Assembly (NCBI GenBank): GCA_944386695.1
Contig: CALXCB010000002.1
Coordinates: forward strand, 12,322 to 76,321
DNA: 64,000 nt
Direction: 5' to 3'
Source of the DNA: an uncultured Clostridia bacterium
GTDB taxonomy: Bacteria; Bacillota; Clostridia; TANB77; CAG-508
The notes under the pieces were generated by a model. That model was not told where the DNA came from and ran no database searches. It saw only the letters and a program-made list of their open reading frames with translations. Below, one piece after another: positions 30,165 to 39,865 of this stretch (positions are counted from its first letter, which is position 1; the number at the start of each line of letters is the position of its first letter). Made by a program: the position numbers and the translations under genes.

Positions 30165-30959
30165 TTAAAATTCAACATAAGTTGCATCAAATACTGGTCC
30201 TGCTTTACATACCCCAACATATTCTGGGTTCTCTGCTGGTGAACTTGCTATTTTTACAGAGCAACCTACACATACTCCCATTCCGCATCCCATTTTTTCT
30301 TCTAAAGATACTTGGCAAGGAATGTTTTTTTCTACCGCTAAGGCTTTTACAGCTCTTAACATTGGCAATGGACCACAAGCATAAATACTATCTATTTTTC
30401 CATTTTCAATATCTTCTTTTAAGAAATTAATGGCAAAACCATTTTTTCCATAACTTCCATCATCTGTTGCTAAACAAAGTTCATCTGATACTTGCTCAAA
30501 TTCTTTTTCTAATAACACAAAATCTTTATTTCTATAACCTAAATAGGTAGTTACATTTTTCCCATCTTTTTTTGCTTCTTTTGCAAGTTCATATAGTGGA
30601 AATACTCCTATTCCTCCCCCGATTATTGCTAAATTTTGATATTTAGAATAGTCAAATATACCAAATCCTAGAGGTCCTACTATATCAATATCATCTCCTA
30701 CTTGTTTTTGAGTAAGTAATTTAGTTCCTTTACCTTTTACTTGGAATATAAATTCTAGAATTCCTTTTTCTTTATCCATGTTGTATATACTAATTGGTCT
30801 TCTTAAAAATGGTTCAACTTGATCTGTTACTCTTATTTCTAAAAATTGACCTGGTTTGGCCTGGTCTGTGATTTCTTTTGCTGCTACACTAAATTTAAAA
30901 ATATCGTGTTTTAATTGGTTTACTTGTACTAATTTTGCTTGTATTTGCACTTTTGGCAT
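30165..30959 (-). CDS. pyrK: dihydroorotate dehydrogenase electron-transfer subunit
   Basis: 264 aa. FAD/NAD-binding ferredoxin-reductase fold. C-terminal 2Fe-2S Cys cluster CGMGVCVGC. Confidence 0.9.
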   Translation of the reverse strand: MPKVQIQAKLVQVNQLKHDIFKFSVAAKEITDQAKPGQFLEIRVTDQVEPFLRRPISIYNMDKEKGILEFIFQVKGKGTKLLTQKQVGDDIDIVGPLGFGIFDYSKYQNLAIIGGGIGVFPLYELAKEAKKDGKNVTTYLGYRNKDFVLLEKEFEQVSDELCLATDDGSYGKNGFAINFLKEDIENGKIDSIYACGPLPMLRAVKALAVEKNIPCQVSLEEKMGCGMGVCVGCSVKIASSPAENPEYVGVCKAGPVFDATYVEF

Positions 30960-30986
30960 GTTTTTTCCTCCTTTATTTTTATATTA

Positions 30987-31916
30987 TTATTGTATAGCTT
31001 GATTTAACTCATCTCTCATTCTTATTGCTTCTTGCCTTGTAGCTTCTGCATATTGCTCTTCTGTAAATTTATCTTTCCACATTTCAGCTTTATATGCTCC
31101 CATTAGACTTCTAGTAGCATTGACAATTCCTCCTAGTCCATTTTCATCAAATCCAAGTGCTATGTCTTCTGCTTTCCCACCTTGTGCTCCATAACCTGGA
31201 ATTAGGAAAAATGTATGTGGTGCTAATTTTCTTAATTCTTTTAGTTGTTCTGGGTAGGTTGCTCCTACTACTGCTGAAATACTACTATATCCATATTTTC
31301 CAATTAAGTCTTTGCCCCATTCTTCAACTAATGTTGCTACTTGTTCATAAACTTTTTTTCCATTTTCTAATTTTAAATCTTGAAGTTCTCCTGATGATTT
31401 ATTTGATGTCTTAACTAATATAAATGCTCCTTTATTATATTTTTTACAGTCTTCTATAAAAGGCTTTACACAATCCGTACCCATATAAGGATTTAATGTT
31501 ATAAAATCAACATCATATACACTTTCGTTTTTATCGTCTATCGGTGTTTTTCCTAAAAATGCATTTGAATAACCTTTAGATGTTGATCCTATATCACCTC
31601 TTTTTGCATCTGCCATCACTATCATGCCTTTTGATACTGCATAGTTCTTTACTTCTTGAAAAGCTTTTAATCCTTCCGGTCCTAACATTTCAAAATATGC
31701 CAGTTGTAATTTTACAGCTGGAATTATATCATATGTACTATCTATCAATGAATTACAAAATTCTACACTTGCTTTTGCATAGCCTGATAAATCTTTAGTA
31801 TATTTTGATTTTACACAGTTTGGTATAATTTCATAACGAGGATCCAATCCTATTACTGTTGGGTTGTTTGTTTGTTTTATTTTTTCTATTAGTCTATCCA
31901 TCATATTTTTTTTCAT
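30987..31916 (-). CDS. pyrF: orotidine-5'-phosphate decarboxylase (long, type-2 form)
   Basis: 309 aa. Resembles long-form OMP decarboxylases. Context pyrF-pyrK-pyrD. Confidence 0.8.
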   Translation of the reverse strand: MKKNMMDRLIEKIKQTNNPTVIGLDPRYEIIPNCVKSKYTKDLSGYAKASVEFCNSLIDSTYDIIPAVKLQLAYFEMLGPEGLKAFQEVKNYAVSKGMIVMADAKRGDIGSTSKGYSNAFLGKTPIDDKNESVYDVDFITLNPYMGTDCVKPFIEDCKKYNKGAFILVKTSNKSSGELQDLKLENGKKVYEQVATLVEEWGKDLIGKYGYSSISAVVGATYPEQLKELRKLAPHTFFLIPGYGAQGGKAEDIALGFDENGLGGIVNATRSLMGAYKAEMWKDKFTEEQYAEATRQEAIRMRDELNQAIQ

Positions 31917-32102
31917 CTTTCCAACTTCCTCTCTTTTTATTTTTCGACGTTATTGTATCATAAAATAATATAATATGCAATGAACAAAAAATTTAATTTT
32001 TTCAATATAAATTAAGAGAGTAACCTATAAATGAACTGTTACTTTAAATGTGAACAGGTCATATAGGAACCCTCTTAAAAATAGATTTGTTCAATTTTTA
32101 CT

Positions 32103-32381
32103 TTAACTCACTTCTTTTATTATGTCTAATTTAGTTTGAGTTTCTATGTCCATAACTAATTCTTTTGATTTTGCTAATTTTATTAAATAATCTAATTTAG
32201 CTTGATTAGCCTTTATATTATATGAATAATAATCAATTAACTCGTCTTCTGCAAATTCAAAATTTTTATGAGCTTGTTTCAAATTTTCCCTTGTTTTTAA
32301 AATGCTTTGAATTAATTCATTATTTTTTTCTTCTTCATTTTTCTCTGTAATACTAGTCTCTTTATAATATTCTTCTTCCAT
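32103..32381 (-). CDS. hypothetical protein, possibly DUF2508/YaaL-like
   Basis: 92-aa charged helical ORF. Weak resemblance only. Confidence 0.4.
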   Translation of the reverse strand: MEEEYYKETSITEKNEEEKNNELIQSILKTRENLKQAHKNFEFAEDELIDYYSYNIKANQAKLDYLIKLAKSKELVMDIETQTKLDIIKEVS

Positions 32382-32483
32382 GAATTCACCTACCTTTTTA
32401 CTACTAATATATTCAAATTTAGTAATTTTATTCCGTCATGGTTATTATTTACAGTTATTTCAGAATTATAACTCTTTTGTTCC

Positions 32484-32888
32484 AATTCATAACTCAGAGA
32501 AGGAGGACTGGATGAAAACTTCAGCCAACCCGTTAGATTGAAATGAAATATAGAATTTCTTAATATAGAAAATGAGGAATGTTCACGCACGAAAATTATA
32601 TATTTATATTTTTTTAGAAATTTCTCGGTTCAATACGTGCTTTAGCCATTCTAAATATAAAATAAACGAGCCTCTCGCTACATACTTCGCGCTTCCTCAT
32701 TTACTTTATATTAAGAATGGCTACAAGCACTTCAATCACATTCATAATTTCTAAAAAAATATAAATATATAATTTCACGAAGCTGAGTGAAAGAGGCGCA
32801 TTTTCTATATTTAGAAATTCTTATTGAATGTAATGATAAGGGTTGGCTGAAGTTTTCATCCAGTCCTCCTTCTCTGAGTTATGAATTG
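32484..32888. repeat. ~405-bp imperfect palindrome with perfect 43-bp termini (ATAACTCAGAGAAGGAGGACTGGATGAAAACTTCAGCCAACCC and its reverse complement) and nested internal inverted repeats. Centre of symmetry ~32685
   Basis: Left arm 32489-32531 is the exact reverse complement of right arm 32840-32882. Inner blocks (e.g. AGAAATTTCT...AAAAAAATATAAATATATAATT) also pair with some divergence. No credible ORF inside. Confidence 0.7.
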
Positions 32889-32908
32889 TAACACTTTTTT
32901 GACATTTT

Positions 32909-32943
32909 TTGTTTTTTATCTTATTAAATGCTTGATATATCTA
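32909..32943 (+). promoter_or_regulatory. putative serS promoter (-35 TTGACA, 17-nt spacer, -10 TATTAA)
   Basis: Consensus -35 box with a reasonable -10 box about 50 nt upstream of the serS RBS. No T-box element detected. Confidence 0.35.
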
Positions 32944-32992
32944 GATAAATACTATATAATAACAAATATTAAAAGAAAGGACGGGTATAATT

Positions 32993-34276
32993 ATGATAGA
33001 TATAAAATTTTTAAGAGAACATCCAGATATTGTAAAAGAAAATATCAAGAAAAAATTTCAAGATCAAAAATTGATATTGGTTGATGAAGTACTTGATTTA
33101 GATAAAAAATATCGTGAGTCTAAATTAAATGGTGACAATTTACGTAGTGAAAGAAAATCTTTAAGTAATCAAATTGGTAATTTAATGAAATCTGGAGAAA
33201 AACTTCAAGCTGAAGAAATAAAGCAAAAAGTTCAAGAACTTAATGAAAGATTAGAGAAAAATGAAGTTTTAGAAGATGAACTTGCTGAAGAAATTAATTC
33301 TAGAATGATGAAAATTCCAAATATTATCCATGAATCTGTTCCAATTGGAGAAGACGATAGTAAAAATGTGGAAATACAAAAATTTGGAGATCCTGTTGTC
33401 CCTGATTATGAAATTCCTTATCATGGAGAAATTATGGAATCTTTGGGTGGATTAGATCTAGATAGTGCACGCCGTGTTTCAGGTCAAGGTTTTTATTATT
33501 TGATTGGAGATATTGCAAGACTTCATTCTGCAGTTCTTACATATGCAAGAGATTTTATGATTAATAAAGGATTTACTTATTGCATTCCTCCTTATATGAT
33601 TCGTTCAAATGTTGTAACTGGTGTTATGAGTTTTGAAGAGATGGATGCTATGATGTACAAAATTGAAGGTGAAGATCTATATTTAATTGGTACTTCTGAA
33701 CATTCTATGATTGGTAAATTTAAAGATCAAATTTTAGATAAATCTAAAATGCCTTATACTATGACTTCTTACTCTCCTTGTTTTAGAAAAGAAAAAGGTG
33801 CTCATGGTATAGAAGAACGTGGTGTTTACCGTATACATCAATTTGAAAAACAAGAAATGATCGTTGTTTGTGAGCCTGAGGATAGCTGGAATTGGTATGA
33901 TAAAATGTGGTCATATACTGTTGAATTTTTTAGAAGTATGAATATTCCTGTTAGAACTCTTGAATGTTGTAGTGGAGATTTAGCAGATCTTAAAGCAAAG
34001 TCTTGTGATGTTGAGGCTTGGTCTCCTCGTCAAAAGAAATACTTTGAAGTTGGAAGTTGCTCTAACTTAACAGATGCTCAAGCTCGTAGACTTGGTATTA
34101 GAATTAAAGGTGAAAAAGAAAATTATTTTGCACATACTTTAAATAATACTGTTGTTGCTCCACCAAGAATGCTTATAGCTATTATGGAAAACAACTATCA
34201 ACCTGATGGAAGTGTTATTATTCCAGAAGTTCTTAGACCTTATATGGGCGGTTTAGGCAAAATTTGTAAAAAATAA
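32993..34276 (+). CDS. serS: serine--tRNA ligase
   Basis: 427 aa. N-terminal coiled-coil arm. Class II motifs (FRKE, GAHGIEERGVYRIHQFEK). Confidence 0.95.
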   Translation: MIDIKFLREHPDIVKENIKKKFQDQKLILVDEVLDLDKKYRESKLNGDNLRSERKSLSNQIGNLMKSGEKLQAEEIKQKVQELNERLEKNEVLEDELAEEINSRMMKIPNIIHESVPIGEDDSKNVEIQKFGDPVVPDYEIPYHGEIMESLGGLDLDSARRVSGQGFYYLIGDIARLHSAVLTYARDFMINKGFTYCIPPYMIRSNVVTGVMSFEEMDAMMYKIEGEDLYLIGTSEHSMIGKFKDQILDKSKMPYTMTSYSPCFRKEKGAHGIEERGVYRIHQFEKQEMIVVCEPEDSWNWYDKMWSYTVEFFRSMNIPVRTLECCSGDLADLKAKSCDVEAWSPRQKKYFEVGSCSNLTDAQARRLGIRIKGEKENYFAHTLNNTVVAPPRMLIAIMENNYQPDGSVIIPEVLRPYMGGLGKICKK

Positions 34277-34337
34277 CATTTTATGATAAAATAATATTGT
34301 AACTTGTAAATCAAGCAATCTTGAAAGGAGGATGCGA

Positions 34338-34637
34338 ATGCATTACCTCGAAAAACAGTATAAGGAGTTGTGCGAAAACTTTTATATTTGCTCTAAAAAT
34401 GTTGAGAGCAAATCAGAAATCGTACGGACTCCTAATGGCGGCCAGATGATTTCTGCCAATTGCCTACTTGACGGAGTTGATCAGAAAGGTAACCCGTTTA
34501 AGTTGGACTTGCTTGAAAAATCCAACATAGCATATGTTGGAAAGCCGGGAACTGCTGAGGCAGGAGTCATCTATCCAGATGACCAGTTACTGGATGCTAT
34601 CGGCAAGGTAGATCCTAAAAACTTACCTCCTCCTTAA
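34338..34637 (+). CDS. hypothetical protein, 99 aa, in a compositionally atypical (~40% GC) islet
   Basis: RBS AAAGGAGG upstream. Much higher GC than the ~27% background. Flanked by two hairpins/terminators. No family recognised. Confidence 0.5.
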   Translation: MHYLEKQYKELCENFYICSKNVESKSEIVRTPNGGQMISANCLLDGVDQKGNPFKLDLLEKSNIAYVGKPGTAEAGVIYPDDQLLDAIGKVDPKNLPPP

Positions 34638-34651
34638 GGAGGTTTTCGGCT

Positions 34652-34690
34652 GAAGGTAACTCCGCAAGGAGTTACCTTTATTGATTTATT
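34652..34690 (+). terminator. rho-independent terminator (AAGGTAACTCC GCAA GGAGTTACCTT + T-run)
   Basis: 11-bp perfect stem followed by a TTTATTGATTTATTTT tail. A second hairpin CCTCCTTAAGGAGG overlaps the stop codon. Confidence 0.6.
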
Positions 34691-34708
34691 TTGAAAGGAA
34701 TTTTAATT

Positions 34709-35290
34709 ATGATAGTTAAAAACCCACAATTTGAAATATCGGCAGTTAGCCCTAATCAATATCCGAAAAATGATTTACCAGAAATTGTTTTAGTTGGAAA
34801 ATCAAATGTTGGAAAATCAAGTTTTATAAATACAATGATAAATAGAAAACGTTTAGCTCGTACAAGTTCAGAGCCTGGTAAAACTAGACAAATTAATTTT
34901 TATAATATTGATGAAAAATTTTATTTTGTAGACCTTCCTGGATACGGCTATAGTAAAATGTCTAAGACAGAACAAGCAAAAGTTGGTAATTTTATAGAAG
35001 AATATTTATTTCATAGAGACAAAATTTCTCTAATTATATTTTTAATAGATATAAGGCATTCTCCAACAGCTAATGATAAACTTATGTACAATTATATTAT
35101 CAGTTCTAAAAGACCTTTTATCATTTTAGCTAACAAGGCTGATAAAATTGCACCTACTAAAGTAGCAGGCACAACAAAATCTTTACAAAAAGAAATAAAT
35201 CCTTTAATGGATTCTATAATGCTTCCATTTTCTTCTGAAAAGAAAATTTATTCAGATGATGTATGGGATATTATAGAAAAATACATTTAA
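34709..35290 (+). CDS. engB: ribosome-biogenesis GTP-binding protein YihA/YsxC (EngB)
   Basis: G1 GKSNVGKSS, G3 DLPGYG, G4 NKADK. Start taken at the ATG after GAAAGGA (the ORF track uses an upstream TTG). Confidence 0.9.
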   Translation: MIVKNPQFEISAVSPNQYPKNDLPEIVLVGKSNVGKSSFINTMINRKRLARTSSEPGKTRQINFYNIDEKFYFVDLPGYGYSKMSKTEQAKVGNFIEEYLFHRDKISLIIFLIDIRHSPTANDKLMYNYIISSKRPFIILANKADKIAPTKVAGTTKSLQKEINPLMDSIMLPFSSEKKIYSDDVWDIIEKYI

Positions 35291-35380
35291 TTTCGCAAAA
35301 GGGACAGACCCTTTTGCGAAAGGGTCTGTCCTCAATGAGAAAAATTTTTCAAAAGGGTCTGTCCCCAATGAGAAATTTTT
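35291..35380. repeat. compound palindromic element, copy B, abutting the engB stop and overlapping the last 10 codons and stop of uvrB
   Basis: TAA-TTTCGCAAAAG-GGACAGACCC-TTTTGCGAAA-GGGTCTGTCC-TCAATGAGAAAAATTTTTCAAAAG-GGTCTGTCCCC-AATGAGAAATTTTT. Confidence 0.7.
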
Positions 35381-37347
35381 CTAATTCTTTTATTTTATCT
35401 CTTAATTCTGCTGCCTTTTCAAATTCCATTTTACTTGCATATTCTAACATTTCATCTGTTAATCTATTTATTGTAGCTTTTATATCTTCACCATTTTCAT
35501 TTTTAAATTCTACTTCTATGTCTTCAGTTTGTACTGCCCTTATAGCATCTCTTACAGATTTGTTTATAGTTTTAGGTATGATTCCATTTTTTTCGTTATA
35601 TTCAGTTTGAATTTTACGTCTTCTATTTGTTTCTGATATAGCTTTTTCCATAGATTCTGTTAATTCATCTGCATACATTATAACTGTCCCATCTGTATTT
35701 CTAGCCGCTCTTCCTATTGTTTGAATTAATGAACGTTCTGAACGTAAAAATCCTTCTTTATCTGCATCTAATATTGCAACTAATGATACCTCTGGAATAT
35801 CTAATCCTTCTCTTAATAAATTGATTCCTACTAAAACATCAAATTCTCCTAACCTTAAATTTCTTATTATTTCCATTCTTTCTAATGCTTTTGTATCTGA
35901 ATGCATGTAATTTACTTTTACATCTAAACTTTTTAAATATTCTGTTAAATCTTCTGCCATCTTTTTTGTCAATGTTGTAACTAGAACTCTTTCTTTTTTG
36001 GCTACCCTTATTCTTATTTGCTCTAATAAATCGTCAACTTGATTTGTTACTGGTTTTACTTCAATTTTAGGATCTAAAAGTCCTGTTGGTCTTATTATTT
36101 GTTCTACGACATTTTCCTTACTATGTTCTTTTTCATATTCAGCAGGTGTTGCACTTACAAAAACCACTTGATTAATTCTTTCCTCAAATTCATTAAATTT
36201 AAGTGGTCTATTATCATATGCTGATGGAAGTCTAAAACCATATTTTACAAGTGAATCTTTTCTGGATTTGTCTCCATTATACATTGCTCTTACTTGTGGA
36301 ATTGTAGCATGTGATTCGTCAATTAATAGCAAAAAATCTTTTGGAAAGTAATCAAATAATGTATATGGTGGCGAACCTGCAGGCCTACCACTCATATGTC
36401 TTGAGTAATTTTCGATTCCTTGACAAAATCCTGTTTCTTTCATCATCTCTATATCAAAATTTGTTCTTTCTTCTATACGTTGAGCTTCTATTAACTTGTT
36501 TTGCGATTTAAAATACTGTATTCTCTCTTCTAGTTCTTCTTCTATTGTTACAATTGCTCTTTCCATTTTATCTTTACTTGTTACATATTGTGAAGCTGGT
36601 GGTATTAGAACATGGGTTCTAGTACCTATGGGTTTTCCTGTTAGTGGATTTATCTCAGATATTTTTTCTATTTCATCTCCCCAAAACTCCACTCTTATTG
36701 CCGCTTCACTTTGTGATGATGGGTAAATCTCTAAGATATCTCCTTTAGCTCTAAATGTTCCTCTTTTAAAATCTATTTCATTTCTGGAATATTGCATTGT
36801 TACTAGTTTTTTCATTATAGAATCTCTTGATTTTTCTTGACCTGGTCTTATAGATAACATCATTTCTTGATAATCTATAGGGTCTCCTAATCCATATATG
36901 CAAGATACTGAAGCAACAACTATTACATCTCTTGTCTCAAACAAAGATAGTGTTGCTGAATGGCGAAGTTTATCTATTTCGTCATTTATTGAAGCATCTT
37001 TTTCTATATAAGTATCAGAGCTCGCTATATAACTTTCTGGTTGGTAGTAATCATAATATGACACAAAATATTCAACTCTATTTTCTGGAAAAAACTCTTT
37101 AAATTCTGAATATAATTGTCCAGCTAAAGTTTTATTATGTGCTAAGACAAGAGTTGGTTTTTGTACCTTCTCTATTATATTTGCCATTGTAAATGTTTTT
37201 CCGAGAGCCTGTAACTCCTAGAAGTGTTTGATATTTCTTGCCTTGTTTTATTCCATTTGATAGATATTCTATTGCTTGTGGCTGATCTCCTGTTGGCTTA
37301 TATTCTGAATGTAATTTAAACATTCTTTGCCTCCTAACTTTTTTCAT
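35349..37347 (-). pseudogene. uvrB: excinuclease ABC subunit B, split by a +1 frameshift at ~37201-37204 (TCTCGGA where TCT GGA is expected, inside the Walker A GVTGSGKT)
   Basis: A 70-aa N-terminal ORF (..LLGVTGS) plus a 612-aa ORF starting ..[11 protein letters not shown]. Removing one C gives a continuous UvrB. The C-terminal codons ..LIGDRPF* come from repeat element B. Confidence 0.85.
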
Positions 37348-37358
37348 ATAATAGACAT

Positions 37359-38525
37359 TTATTTTAATATATTTTCTGCTAATCTTTCAAGCTCTTTTAT
37401 TGTATCTTGATTAGTTGTTGTTTTTATAGTTACTTGTGGTCCTACAACTGTAATATTTTTCATGCCACCTATTATTTCTAGCATTGTTTTAGCAGCTGAT
37501 GGCGCCCAAGTACCATTTTCAATAATAGCAATTTTTCTATTTTGATAGTTTTTATCTTTTATTAATCTTAAAAATTGTTCCATTGGAGGGAATACTCCTG
37601 CATTATAACTAGATGCTGCAAGTACAATTTTATCATATCTAAATGCATCTTCTATACATTCTGCCATATCTTCTCTTGATAAATCTGAAACTACTACTTT
37701 TTTTGCACCTTTTTCTTTTAAAATTTTAGCCATTTCTCTAGCCGCATTTGCAGTATTACCATGAATAGATGCATATGCTATAAATACACCATCATCTTCA
37801 GGTTCATATTTACTCCAAACATCATATTTATTTATATAATATGATAAATTTTCTTTTAATATTGGACCATGTAAAGGACATATCATTTTTATATCTAAGT
37901 TTGCTACTTTTTTTAACAAAGCTTGTACTTGAACACCATACTTTCCAACAATATTGAAATAATATCTTCTTGCTTCACAATCCCATTCTTCATCTGTGTC
38001 TAAAGCTCCGAATTTCCCAAAGCCATCTGCCGTAAATAAAATTTTATTATTTTCCTCATAAGTCACCATTACTTCTGGCCAATGTACCATTGGCGCCATA
38101 TAGAATTTTAGTATGTGATTTCCAGTTGATATTGTGTCTCCTTCTTTTACTTCAATTTTTCTTTCTTCCAAATTCGGAATATCAAAAAATTGTGGTAAAA
38201 ATGCAAATGTCTTATTATTTCCTATTAATTTCATATCTGGATATTTTTCGCAAAGTAATGCTATATTAGAAGAATGGTCTGGTTCTAAATGAGAAATTAC
38301 TAAATAATCTACTTTTTCTCCTTCTAATGCTTCTTCTAAATTCTTAATCCATTGACTAGTCTTTCTTTTATCAACAGTATCCATTACAACATTTTTTTCA
38401 TCTTTAATTAAGTACGAATTATATGATATTCCATTTGGAATTATATATTGGCTTTCAAATAAATCTAAATCTTTGTCATCTACCCCGATATATTTAATAT
38501 TCTCTTTTACTATTACCTTTTCCAT
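37359..38525 (-). CDS. FprA-family flavodiiron protein (metallo-beta-lactamase-like di-iron domain plus flavodoxin domain)
   Basis: 388 aa. H-x-E-x-D-H motif [11 protein letters not shown]-terminal flavodoxin-like segment. Confidence 0.8.
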   Translation of the reverse strand: MEKVIVKENIKYIGVDDKDLDLFESQYIIPNGISYNSYLIKDEKNVVMDTVDKRKTSQWIKNLEEALEGEKVDYLVISHLEPDHSSNIALLCEKYPDMKLIGNNKTFAFLPQFFDIPNLEERKIEVKEGDTISTGNHILKFYMAPMVHWPEVMVTYEENNKILFTADGFGKFGALDTDEEWDCEARRYYFNIVGKYGVQVQALLKKVANLDIKMICPLHGPILKENLSYYINKYDVWSKYEPEDDGVFIAYASIHGNTANAAREMAKILKEKGAKKVVVSDLSREDMAECIEDAFRYDKIVLAASSYNAGVFPPMEQFLRLIKDKNYQNRKIAIIENGTWAPSAAKTMLEIIGGMKNITVVGPQVTIKTTTNQDTIKELERLAENILK

Positions 38526-38592
38526 CTAGGTGTTTACCTCCTTTTATAAAAAAAATCCCTTATTAGTATGTTAACATCATTTAATTATTAAA

Positions 38593-39111
38593 CTATCTAA
38601 TTAAATCTACTACATTATTCTTTCTTTTAAATTGCTCATACTCACCATAAACCTTTAAAAATTCAGTAGCATATCTACGAGCATATGAACTTTTGAAATT
38701 ATCTCTTTGATTTGTTAAATAATATTCCAATTTACCAGGATTAACCCAATATGGTTTAGAACCACGCTCTTTTTCTCTTGGTGTTAACTTCATTTTTGTA
38801 TAATCAAAATCTTGTTGAATTGTTACTAAATAAAAACTTGTAATTGTTTTTTTTATTATGTTTTCTCCTTCTTCATTAGTCGACTGATACTCTATTTCAT
38901 TTTGAAAAAACGGACCTTCTATATTTTTAAATTCTATTTCTATACCTGTTTCTTCTAATATTTCCCTTCTAAGAGTCTCTTCGTAAGTCTCTCCTTCATC
39001 TAATTTTCCCCCAGGTAACATAAAAGCTCCACTTTTTTTAGCCTTAATGACTGCTATTTTGCCTTCCCTAACTAACACAGCTCGAACTTTCCTAGTGTTT
39101 TTAATTTCCAT
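38593..39111 (-). CDS. NUDIX hydrolase
   Basis: Nudix box GGKLDEGETYEETLRREILEETGIE. Confidence 0.8.
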   Translation of the reverse strand: MEIKNTRKVRAVLVREGKIAVIKAKKSGAFMLPGGKLDEGETYEETLRREILEETGIEIEFKNIEGPFFQNEIEYQSTNEEGENIIKKTITSFYLVTIQQDFDYTKMKLTPREKERGSKPYWVNPGKLEYYLTNQRDNFKSSYARRYATEFLKVYGEYEQFKRKNNVVDLIR

Positions 39112-39177
39112 TTTTACTCCCTTTCCTTTCCGAAAGCATAAATTGGTTCAAAACTCTTTTTTCGTTTAATTCATAAA

Positions 39178-39834
39178 CTAATCATCCATTACAATCTTTT
39201 CTATAACTGGTTGGTTCTCTTTTAAAACTGTTCCATTATCATCTTCTACTTGAATATTTTCACATATTTTATCAACAACATCTATTCCATCTGTAACTCG
39301 TCCAAATCCTGCATATTGCCCATCTAAAAATGTACTATCTTCATGTACAATGAAGAATTGCGAACTTGCACTATCATAATCTTGTGCTCTTGCCATTGAT
39401 ATTACCCCTCTTGTATGAGATATATCATTTTTAACACCATTTAATTCAAATTCTCCTTTTATTTCTTCATCACTTCCACCTGTTCCATCTCCTAATGGAT
39501 CTCCACCTTGAATCATAAATCCAGATATAATTCTATGGAATGTTAGTCCATCATAAAATCCTTCATTTACTAATTTTGCAAAATTTGAAACTGTTATTGG
39601 TGCTGCATCAGCATTTAATTCTAATTTTATTGTTCCATAGTCTTTTACTTCTATTGTTGCATGATGTATTCCAGAACTATACATATCATCTTCCTCCTTA
39701 TTTTCTTCTCTATTTTCGGAAATCTCATTTGTTTGAGAACTTGTATTCTCCTTTGAGTTCATAAATCCTATACATATTACCACACATATGATTATTATGC
39801 AAATTATTGCTATTACTAAAATTTTCTTATTCAT
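39178..39834 (-). CDS. peptidyl-prolyl cis-trans isomerase, cyclophilin type, with an N-terminal signal/TM anchor
   Basis: FHRIISGFMIQGGDP cyclophilin signature. Hydrophobic N-terminus. Confidence 0.85.
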   Translation of the reverse strand: MNKKILVIAIICIIIICVVICIGFMNSKENTSSQTNEISENREENKEEDDMYSSGIHHATIEVKDYGTIKLELNADAAPITVSNFAKLVNEGFYDGLTFHRIISGFMIQGGDPLGDGTGGSDEEIKGEFELNGVKNDISHTRGVISMARAQDYDSASSQFFIVHEDSTFLDGQYAGFGRVTDGIDVVDKICENIQVEDDNGTVLKENQPVIEKIVMDD

Positions 39835-39865
39835 TTTTTACCATCCTTTCTTTTTGCACATAGTT

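Noticed and set aside
32390-32754. ORFs 32390..32590 (-) and 32572..32754 (+) inside the long palindrome
   Set aside because: They mirror each other because of the inverted repeat. No RBS. Composition is non-protein-like. The region is better explained as a structured non-coding element.
32899-32992. T-box riboswitch expected upstream of serS
   Set aside because: There is no T-box consensus (AGGGTGGNACCGCG) and no specifier-loop architecture. Only about 80 nt lie between a plausible promoter and the RBS.
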